Notes under the pieces: model-generated | The model's database searches: none | The model's input: only the letters and a program-made list of their open reading frames with translations | What the model was told of the DNA's origin: nothing | In this document: positions 56,995 to 64,000 of the stretch, piece after piece | Position numbering within the stretch: the first letter of the stretch is position 1 | Layout: each line of letters opens with the position of its first letter | Position numbers and translations under genes: made by a program | Assembly: GCA_030447725.1 (NCBI GenBank) | Contig: JAUJOQ010000007.1 | Coordinates: 42,870 to 106,869, forward strand | Source: Thermoleophilaceae bacterium | GTDB lineage: Bacteria; Actinomycetota; Thermoleophilia; Solirubrobacterales; Thermoleophilaceae | Length of the DNA: 64,000 bases | Reading direction: 5' to 3'

Positions 56995-58368
56995 TCATGG
57001 CCTCGCCGAGGCGGACGCCAGCGCCGAAGCCGCTTTGCGGGCGAGCCTGACCGCGTAGTTGGTGCCCCGGTCCTCGGGGTAGATCTGGGTGGTGTTCACG
57101 AGCATCAGCCCGGGCACACCGGTCTCCATCGGCGGTATGCGATCTCGGTAGCCCACGGCCACGATCGGCTGGGCGTCGGGCTCGCGGAAGAGCCAGCTCG
57201 CGCGTACCCAGGAGGGGTCGTACTGCGGGTTCACACGGCGCAGACCTGGCTCGTAACGGGCCAGCAGCATCTCTGCATCGAGCGACTGCAGCGGATCGTC
57301 GGGAGCCGTGTAGTTGGCCACATAGAGGAAGCGGCGATCGCCGTAGGCCTCCGGGCTCACGAGGTTGGTCTGCTCGATCAGCCCGACGAAGGGCATCCCC
57401 GGATCCGCCACGTTGGTCCAGTAGAAAGGCGAGAACCGGCGGTCCATCTCCAGCACCAGGCAGACCGCGGAGTGATACTCGATCGAGGTCAGCCGCTCCA
57501 GGTAGCCCGGTGTGAGCGAGCCCGCCAGGTCGTCCTCGAGCAAGCGCCCGAAGACAGGGTTGGACACGGTGGCCATCACCGCGTCATAGGCTTCCTCCCC
57601 GTCGGTCGGGTAGGCGCGCGGGTCGTGACCGATGCGGAAAGAGCTGTTCGCGCCGATGGTCACTGAAAATTGCTCGCCGCGGCGTGCAATCCGGGCCGCC
57701 GGCCGGTCGATCAACACCCGGCCACCGCGGCCCTCTATCTCCTCACGCAAGCGCATGAAGAGGGTCTCGAAGGTGCCCCGCGGGTAGCCGAGCATCTCCG
57801 TGCGTGCTTCAGCGCCCTTGATCTGGCGCCTCAACGTCAGCTTGCCCCAAAGCCATGCCATCGAGATGTCCTCGGCACGGTCGCCGAACTTGCCGCGCAG
57901 CAGCGGCCCCCAGACGCGCTCCCAGGCGTGCCTTCCCATCGAGGAGAGGATCCAGTCCTGGGCGGTGCGGCCCTCGAAGGGCTCGACCGCCTTGTGGCGG
58001 CGCTGGAGCATGAGCAACGCAAGGCCCATGCGCACACGTGCCGGGAAGGGGAGCGGGGAGAAGCGCAGTAGATCCAGTGGAGAGTTGAACGAGTGGCTGG
58101 CGCCCTCGGCGAAGAACGCCACGCTCGACCGATGCCAACCGATCTCCACACCCAGCTCGGCGCACAGCGACGCGATGTCATCGTCGCTGGTGAACAGGTG
58201 GTGGTAGTAGCGTTCGAGCAGCACGCCTGCGCCGACGTCGTAGGTGGCGGCCTGCCCGCCCAGTCCCGGCCAACGCTCGTACACGTCGACCTTCCAGCCG
58301 GCCCGTGCGAGCTCATAGCCCGCGGTCAGGCCGCCCACGCCGGCGCCGATCACAGCGACGGTGCTCAC
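56995..58368 (-). CDS. FAD/NAD(P)-dependent oxidoreductase (amine-oxidase/phytoene-desaturase-like fold)
   Basis: GTG at 58368 in a GTGA overlap. VAVIGAGVGGLTAGYELARAGWKVDVYE..PGLGG dinucleotide-binding motif. Confidence 0.8.
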   Translation of the reverse strand: MSTVAVIGAGVGGLTAGYELARAGWKVDVYERWPGLGGQAATYDVGAGVLLERYYHHLFTSDDDIASLCAELGVEIGWHRSSVAFFAEGASHSFNSPLDLLRFSPLPFPARVRMGLALLMLQRRHKAVEPFEGRTAQDWILSSMGRHAWERVWGPLLRGKFGDRAEDISMAWLWGKLTLRRQIKGAEARTEMLGYPRGTFETLFMRLREEIEGRGGRVLIDRPAARIARRGEQFSVTIGANSSFRIGHDPRAYPTDGEEAYDAVMATVSNPVFGRLLEDDLAGSLTPGYLERLTSIEYHSAVCLVLEMDRRFSPFYWTNVADPGMPFVGLIEQTNLVSPEAYGDRRFLYVANYTAPDDPLQSLDAEMLLARYEPGLRRVNPQYDPSWVRASWLFREPDAQPIVAVGYRDRIPPMETGVPGLMLVNTTQIYPEDRGTNYAVRLARKAASALASASARP

Positions 58369-59270
58369 AGCACGCGCGGCCGGGCCAGGACCGCGACGCG
58401 GTCGCGAAAGTCGGGCCACACCAGACGGTCGGCCAGTCCCAGCCGCTCCGCCACCGCCACCGTTAAGCGCGCAACCGCAGGACTGTAGCCCTCGAGGCGC
58501 TCGAGGTAGTAGCGCACGGTGAACGCCTTCGGGGCGGTGCCGAGCCACTCGACGGTGAAGCCGTGGCGCTCCAGCAGACGGGTGATGCTGCGGCGATTGA
58601 AGTACTGCACGTGGGTAGGGATCACCGACCACCATCGCGCGCCGAGCACGCGCGCCACGCGGCTGCCGGCGTCAGGGAGGGTCAGGTAGAGAACGCCACG
58701 GGGGCGCAACAGGTCATAGATGCGGTCCAGGGCGGCCCCGGGGTCGGGCAGGTGCTCGATCACGTCACCGAGCACGACGGCATCGAAGGCGCTTCGGGGA
58801 AGGTCCGCGGACTCCAGCGTGCCCGTCTGAACACGAAGTCCGAGCCGCTCGCGGGCAAAGCCCGCCGCGAAGACGGACGGCTCGACGCCCTGCGTCTCCC
58901 ATCCGCCTCGCTCGGCCTCCGACATCAAGAAGCCCACCCAGCAACCCACGTCGTAGAGGGTTCGCTGCCCCTCGCTCTGCGCCCGCAAGTGGCGCCCGAT
59001 GCAGTCGAGCGCGCGGCGCGCGGTGGCGCGCTGGCCCGTCTCCTCCGCGAGGTAGGCGCCCTCGTCGACCTCGCCATAGGCCTCCTGCAACTCCACCTCG
59101 GCGGGGAACTCGGCCACCTGCGCGTGGGTGCACGCCGTGCAGCGCACCAGGTCGGCGGGCGCGGTGCCGTAGGCCGTGGTGGTGGCCACAAGGCTCACAA
59201 CCTCGTCGCGGGCCACCGTCAGGTGCGGTTCGAGCGAGGTGGCGCCGCAGGCCGCGCAGGCAGGGTTCAC
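58365..59270 (-). CDS. Class I SAM-dependent methyltransferase with N-terminal Cys4 zinc ribbon
   Basis: CAACG...CTAC ribbon, LYDVGCWVGFL, VLGDVIEHLPDP. Confidence 0.8.
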   Translation of the reverse strand: MNPACAACGATSLEPHLTVARDEVVSLVATTTAYGTAPADLVRCTACTHAQVAEFPAEVELQEAYGEVDEGAYLAEETGQRATARRALDCIGRHLRAQSEGQRTLYDVGCWVGFLMSEAERGGWETQGVEPSVFAAGFARERLGLRVQTGTLESADLPRSAFDAVVLGDVIEHLPDPGAALDRIYDLLRPRGVLYLTLPDAGSRVARVLGARWWSVIPTHVQYFNRRSITRLLERHGFTVEWLGTAPKAFTVRYYLERLEGYSPAVARLTVAVAERLGLADRLVWPDFRDRVAVLARPRVL

Positions 59271-60007
59271 AGGTTCCGGCTGTCGAGAGCGGCCAGCCGT
59301 CGACGCATGCGGAGGACCTCACCGAAGGCGGTGGCGATCACATGTGGAGTGGCGCCGCGGGCCTCGCCCGCACGGCGCGGTCGGTGGTGCACCCCCACCT
59401 CCACCACGCTCGCCCCACGACGACCCAGCTTGACCATCAGCTCGGTGTTCACCATCGCGCCGACGGACTCGATGTCCACGTCGCCGAGCACTCGCCGGTC
59501 GAACAACTTGAAGGCGCAGTCGATGTCGCGCACCGGCACGTAGAACAACATCCGCACGAGCACGTTCCAGGCGTAGGCCATCGCCCGTCGCGATGGAGGG
59601 TCCTGGCGGTTGATCCTGTAGCCGGCAACGACATCGACCGTACCCGCATAGGGCAAAAAGCCCTCGAGCTCCTCGGGGTCGAACTGCAGGTCGGCGTCGG
59701 TGAAGAAGACGTAGTTGAGCCGGCTGGCGAGAAAGCCGGTGCGCAGCGCCTCGCCATAGCCGCGGTTGCGGCCGTGGCTGATCACCCGCACTCGAGGGTC
59801 GCCCGAGCCGATCTCACGGACGATCGTGGCGGTGCGGTCGCGCGAGCCGTCGTCGACGACGATCAACTCGTGCTCGGCAAACAGGCGCTCCGCAGCGGTG
59901 GTGGCCTCGGCCACAGCCTGCGCCACGTTCGCTTCCTCGTTGAAGGCCGGCAGCACGACCGACACCGTCAAGGGCGGCTTGGCGGGGTCCATGCAGCGGG
60001 TGATCAT
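59267..60007 (-). CDS. GT2 polyprenyl-phosphate glycosyltransferase (DPM1/GtrB/ArnC-like)
   Basis: VSVVLPAFNEE, LIVVDDGSRD, NRGYG, FTDADLQ. Alternative ATG at 59992. Confidence 0.85.
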   Translation of the reverse strand: MITRCMDPAKPPLTVSVVLPAFNEEANVAQAVAEATTAAERLFAEHELIVVDDGSRDRTATIVREIGSGDPRVRVISHGRNRGYGEALRTGFLASRLNYVFFTDADLQFDPEELEGFLPYAGTVDVVAGYRINRQDPPSRRAMAYAWNVLVRMLFYVPVRDIDCAFKLFDRRVLGDVDIESVGAMVNTELMVKLGRRGASVVEVGVHHRPRRAGEARGATPHVIATAFGEVLRMRRRLAALDSRNL

Positions 60008-60057
60008 AGAGAGGGGCGAGCCGTCGCCCGGCGCCTCGATCTAGAGTGTCCGGCTCC

Positions 60058-61437
60058 ATGCCCCCCGCCATCGATCCTGCGATCTTCAAGGCCTACGACG
60101 TGCGTGGCCTGTACGGCGAGCAGATCGACGAGGACGTCGCGTACCGCCTCGGCCGAGGCTTCGCGCAGGTGCTGGCCGACATGTACGACTGCCGGCCGGC
60201 TGAGCTGCGGCTCGCTCTGGGACGCGACATGCGACTGGAGGCTCCCGCTCTCTCGGAGCGCTACGTGCAGGGCATGCGCGACGAGGGCGCGCACGTGCTC
60301 GACATCGGGATGGTGGGCACCGAGATGCTCTATTGGACGGTGGGCTCCCGTGAGCTCGACGGTGGGCTCATGTGCACGGCGTCCCACAACCCGAAGGCCT
60401 ACACGGGCGCGAAGCTCGTGGGCCGCGCCGCCCTCCCTCTCTCCGGCGACTCTGGGATCGGCGAGCTGTGCGAGATCTTGACGAGCGGCGAGCCCGGCCC
60501 GGCGGCTGAGCCGGTGGGTGGCCACGAGACCGAGGACGTGAGCGAGCCCTTTCGCGCCGATGCCCTCGAGTTCGTCGACGCTCCCGGGATCCGGCAGATG
60601 AAGGTTGTGCTCGACGGCGGCAACGGGATGGCGGGCCAGATGTGCGGGCCGATCCTCGACGGGCTGGCGCTCGAGCAGATCCAGCTCTACTGGAAGCCCG
60701 ACGGCGAGCTCCCCGACCACGAGCCCAACCCGCTGCTCGAGGAGAACCGCCGTCTGATCATCGACAAGGTCATGTCCGAGAGCGCCGACCTCGGCATCGC
60801 CTGGGATGGCGACGCCGACCGCTGCTTCTTCATCGACGACACCGGGCGCTTCGTGGACGGCGACTTCCTCACCGCGCTGCTCGCGCAGTCCATCCTGGCG
60901 AAGGAGCCGGAGGCCACGATCCTCTACGACGTCCGTGCCTCCCGAGCCGTGGCCGACCTGGTGGAGGCCGCGGGCGGCACCGCGCACGTCAACCGGGTGG
61001 GCCACGCCTTCTTCAAGGCGCGCATGCGCGAGCAGGGAGCCGCGTTCGGCGGCGAGGTGTCGGGCCACTACTACTTCCGTGACTTCTACTGCGCCGACTC
61101 GGGCACCCTGCCGGCGCTGCTGATCCTCGAGCTGCTCTCGGCGAAGCGAAAGAAGATGAGCGAGCTGCTCGAGCCGCTGCGGTCGCGCTACTTCATCTCC
61201 GGCGAGATCAACTCGGAGGTGGCGGACTCCGACGCGAAGATGGAGGAGATCGCCTCGAAATACTCCGACGGCTCGGTCACCGACCTCGACGGGATCTCGG
61301 TCGACTACGAGGACTGGCACTTCAACGTGCGCGCCTCAAACACCGAGCCGCTGCTACGGCTCAACCTCGAATCGCTCGTCTCGGAGGACCACATGGCCGA
61401 GAAGCGCGACGAGGTGCTGGCCCTCATCCGCGCCTGA
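60058..61437 (+). CDS. Phosphomannomutase/phosphoglucomutase
   Basis: FKAYDVRG, TASHNPKAYTG (catalytic Ser), DGDADR, GGEVSGH. GTG at 60046 is an alternative start. Confidence 0.92.
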   Translation: MPPAIDPAIFKAYDVRGLYGEQIDEDVAYRLGRGFAQVLADMYDCRPAELRLALGRDMRLEAPALSERYVQGMRDEGAHVLDIGMVGTEMLYWTVGSRELDGGLMCTASHNPKAYTGAKLVGRAALPLSGDSGIGELCEILTSGEPGPAAEPVGGHETEDVSEPFRADALEFVDAPGIRQMKVVLDGGNGMAGQMCGPILDGLALEQIQLYWKPDGELPDHEPNPLLEENRRLIIDKVMSESADLGIAWDGDADRCFFIDDTGRFVDGDFLTALLAQSILAKEPEATILYDVRASRAVADLVEAAGGTAHVNRVGHAFFKARMREQGAAFGGEVSGHYYFRDFYCADSGTLPALLILELLSAKRKKMSELLEPLRSRYFISGEINSEVADSDAKMEEIASKYSDGSVTDLDGISVDYEDWHFNVRASNTEPLLRLNLESLVSEDHMAEKRDEVLALIRA

Positions 61438-61454
61438 GCGACAGGCAGCCTGCT

Positions 61455-62561
61455 TCACCCGCGGCGCTCGAGCACGTCGTCGTAGATTCGCTGGTAGGCG
61501 GCCACACTCCGCTCGCGCGAGAAGTCCAGGGCGCGTACGCGACACGCCTCAGGCACGGCGGGGTCGCCGGTGAGGTCGAGCACCCCGAGCAGGGCTCGGG
61601 CGAGGTCACGTTCCTCGCCTGCGAAGAGCCTGCCGATGCCCGGGCGGTCGACGATCTCGGCGATCCCCCCGGTGTCGGTCCCGACGACCGGAGTGCCACA
61701 GGCGAGGGCCTCCGCGAGCACGAGCCCGAACGCCTCCCCGACACTGGGCAGGACCGACACCCAGCTCTCGCGGTAGGCGTCCACCAGAGCCGACGTGTCG
61801 TCGACGACTGCCAACTCGACCCCTTCGACTCCTTGCACGACTCGCGCAGCGACTTCCGGATCGCCCGGATCGGACAGCACGAGCCGGGCGTCGGGGCGGT
61901 CGCGCCGCACGAGGGCGAACGCCCGAACCAGCATGTCGACCCGCTTCGCAGGGGCGGCGACGGCCGCCGCACAGAAGATCGTCGGCGCCGGATGCCTGGC
62001 TCCGCCGGGGGTGAAGGACTCCACGTCGACTGGCGGTGCGATCACTGGAGTCTCGATCCCGAAGGCCGACCTGAACTCCTCCGCCACCGGCCGGCTGAGC
62101 GAGACCACCTGGTCGCATCCATCGATCGCGGCGCGCGTCATGGCGACGCGCCTCGAGCGGGCCCGGAGATGGGAGAGCAGCGGTATGCCCATGTAGGAGA
62201 ACACCGTCGGGCGGCCGGTGACGCGTCCCCAGCGCGCAGCCGCGAGCGCGTCGGGCATGTGAACCGGCTGGGCGAGGTCGAAGCGACCCAGCCGTAGAGC
62301 GGCGTAGCTCAGCGGCACATGGGCGCTCTCATCGTCAAAGCCGTGCGACACCAGGGGTGCGTTCGGAGGCCGGGGGCTGCGCCACACCGTCAAGCCGTCC
62401 TCGCGCGTCAACCGGGGGGCTCCCCGGCGACTGGTGAGGAGCGCCGGCCTGTGCCCCTCGGCGATCAGTCCTGTCGCCAGTTCGCGGACGAAACGCTCGG
62501 CACCCCGTCGCGTCTCGGGCCAGAAGCGCGGGGACATGAATGCGATTCGCAGCGAGCTCAA
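61455..62561 (-). CDS. Glycosyltransferase family 4 (GT-B)
   Basis: LRIAFMSPRFWPE..GAERF N-terminus and the EAFGLVLAEALACGTPVV motif. Confidence 0.85.
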   Translation of the reverse strand: MSSLRIAFMSPRFWPETRRGAERFVRELATGLIAEGHRPALLTSRRGAPRLTREDGLTVWRSPRPPNAPLVSHGFDDESAHVPLSYAALRLGRFDLAQPVHMPDALAAARWGRVTGRPTVFSYMGIPLLSHLRARSRRVAMTRAAIDGCDQVVSLSRPVAEEFRSAFGIETPVIAPPVDVESFTPGGARHPAPTIFCAAAVAAPAKRVDMLVRAFALVRRDRPDARLVLSDPGDPEVAARVVQGVEGVELAVVDDTSALVDAYRESWVSVLPSVGEAFGLVLAEALACGTPVVGTDTGGIAEIVDRPGIGRLFAGEERDLARALLGVLDLTGDPAVPEACRVRALDFSRERSVAAYQRIYDDVLERRG

Positions 62562-62659
62562 GCTCGACTACTCTACGCGCCGAGTGGCACTCCGGAACGA
62601 CGTGAAGCTTCTCCTCTGCACCGTCGTGGTGATGGCTTCGTGCCCCTGATCCGCCGGCG

Positions 62660-63652
62660 GTGAGCGACCCCTTCGCCCGCGCGGCGGCCGCCGGGATCCA
62701 CCGCCTCGCGATCCCCACCCCTTTCGCCGTGGGGCGCGTGAACGTCTACCTGATCGAGGACGACCCGCTGACGCTGTTCGACGCCGGACCGAACTCGGGC
62801 ACGTCGTTCGACGAGCTGCAGCGGGGCCTCGAGTCGCTCGGGCATGCGCTGGAGGACATCGAGCTTCTCGTCCTCACCCATCAGCACATCGACCATCTCG
62901 GGCTGGTGGGCCTCGTGGCTTCGAGATCCGGTGCGGAGGTCGCGGCTCTGGACGCGGCCGTGCCGTTCGTGGAGCGCTTTACCGAGGAGGCGCAGGCCGA
63001 CGACGACTTCGCCCGCGACCTGATGCTGCGCCATGGCATACCCGAGGATGTGGTCTCGGCGCTTCAGGCGGTGTCATCGGCCTTTCGCGCCTGGGGCGCC
63101 CGTGCCGACGTGACCCGGGTCCTGCACCATGGCGACCGGCTGCAGTTGCGCGACCGGGCGCTGGATGTGTTCCACCGCCCGGGCCACAGCCCCACCGACA
63201 CGGTGTTCCTCGACGCGGAGCGGCGAATCCTGATCGCGGCCGACCATCTGCTGGCCCAGATCTCCTCCAACCCGCTGATCACCCGGCCGCGCGACGGCTC
63301 GATCGGGCGACCGAGGGCGCTGATGACATACCTGGACTCCCTACGCGCGACCCACGAGATGGAGGTCGAGCTGGTGCTGCCCGGCCACGGCGACCCGATC
63401 ACCGACCATCGCGCCCTGATCGACGAGCGCTTCCGCATGCACCGCCGGCGGGCCGAGAAGCTCCACGGCCTGATCGAGGAAAGGCCCCGCAGCGCCTACG
63501 AGCTGGCCCAGGCCCTGTGGGGCAACATCGCCGTGACCCAGGCCTATCTCACACTGTCCGAGGTGCTCGGCCATACCGACATCCTGCTCGACGAGGGACG
63601 CGCTCGGGAGGTCGAGGACTCCGGCGTGGTGCGCTTCGACGCCGTGGCGTAG
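62660..63652 (+). CDS. MBL-fold metallo-hydrolase with C-terminal winged-helix-like domain
   Basis: LVLTHQHIDHLG and HRPGHSP motifs. Confidence 0.8.
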   Translation: MSDPFARAAAAGIHRLAIPTPFAVGRVNVYLIEDDPLTLFDAGPNSGTSFDELQRGLESLGHALEDIELLVLTHQHIDHLGLVGLVASRSGAEVAALDAAVPFVERFTEEAQADDDFARDLMLRHGIPEDVVSALQAVSSAFRAWGARADVTRVLHHGDRLQLRDRALDVFHRPGHSPTDTVFLDAERRILIAADHLLAQISSNPLITRPRDGSIGRPRALMTYLDSLRATHEMEVELVLPGHGDPITDHRALIDERFRMHRRRAEKLHGLIEERPRSAYELAQALWGNIAVTQAYLTLSEVLGHTDILLDEGRAREVEDSGVVRFDAVA

Positions 63653-63709
63653 CCGCCCCGCGTGAGGAGAAGCCTCTCGGTGGCTTCCTGACACCGGACA
63701 GGCCGGCGG

Positions 63710-64000
63710 CTACCCCGTGGGGGTGACTCGGTACGCGTCGAAGACCGACTCGATGTTGCGCAGCCGCTGGATGCACGTCCTCAGAGCCTGTGTGTCCCCC
63801 ACCTCGACGACGAAGCGGTTCTTCACCATCGGATGCACCACCGTGCAGCGCGCTTCGAGGATGTTGATCCCCGTCTCCGCGAAGGTGCGCGACAGATCCT
63901 CCAGCATCCGGGTGCGGTCCCAGCCGTCGATCTCGATCTCCACCCGGAAGGAGGAGCTGGTGCCCTCGCCGTCCCAGCCCACCTTGGTGAATCGCTCTGG
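63710..64000 (-). CDS. RelA/SpoT-family (p)ppGpp synthetase, C-terminal ACT domain (5' part outside window)
   Basis: ...FRVEIEIDGWDRTRMLEDLSRTFAETGINILEARC...F.VEVGD...L...I.RLRNIESVFDAYRV, a typical RelA C-terminus. The frame is open to the window edge. Confidence 0.72.
   Translation of the reverse strand, partial: PERFTKVGWDGEGTSSSFRVEIEIDGWDRTRMLEDLSRTFAETGINILEARCTVVHPMVKNRFVVEVGDTQALRTCIQRLRNIESVFDAYRVTPTG

Noticed and set aside
37117-62561. Possibility that the glycan locus is a genomic island integrated at tRNA-Arg(CCG).
   Set aside because: I found no integrase, recombinase or transposase, and no direct repeat of the tRNA 3' end. Housekeeping genes (corA, metM/metO) lie inside, and methyltransferases of the same family lie on the other side of the tRNA (34171-35633).

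Overview
High-GC (about 70%) actinobacterial-type chromosome segment. This is probably a deep-branching Actinomycetota lineage such as Thermoleophilia; that call is an inference from gene order and the presence of DUF503. About 34 kb (1.9-34.1 kb, nearly all minus strand) is the conserved housekeeping backbone: rnj-dapA, dapB-pepR-pnp, rpsO-ribF-truB-nrnA-rbfA-DUF503-infB-ylxR-nusA-rimP, dtd, coaBC-rpoZ-gmk-mihF and carB-carA-pyrC-pyrB-pyrR. Many junctions are 4-nt start/stop overlaps (ATGA, GTGA, TTGA). From 34 to 62.6 kb lies an accessory cell-envelope glycan locus. It carries 6 glycosyltransferases of families GT2/GT4, one ArnT-like GT-C, a Wzx-type flippase, a sugar dehydratase, PMM/PGM, an acetyltransferase and two atypical alkaline-phosphatase-superfamily enzymes. 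It also has about 10 SAM-dependent methyltransferases, five of which are paralogs of a CmoB/DUF1698-like family with a WYHT motif. A SAM-I riboswitch controlling a ThrC-homolog plus MoaD-like sulfur-carrier pair (MetM/MetO-type homocysteine synthesis) is embedded in this locus, as are corA, rnz and tRNA-Arg(CCG). The most unusual observations are these. (1) A roughly 30-bp low-GC palindromic mini-element is present in 4 copies, all inside coding regions; at least two are in-frame insertions in CarA and CarB. (2) Several genes have conserved N-termini that extend upstream of any ATG/GTG/TTG, toward CTG or GTA codons placed at or near the upstream stop (CTGA, GTAG). (3) A strong intrinsic terminator ends 6 nt before the rimP start. 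(4) The normally adjacent rpsO-pnp pair is split by a peroxiredoxin-DsbA-M14 peptidase module. No CRISPR array, integrase, transposase or recognisable defence system was seen.
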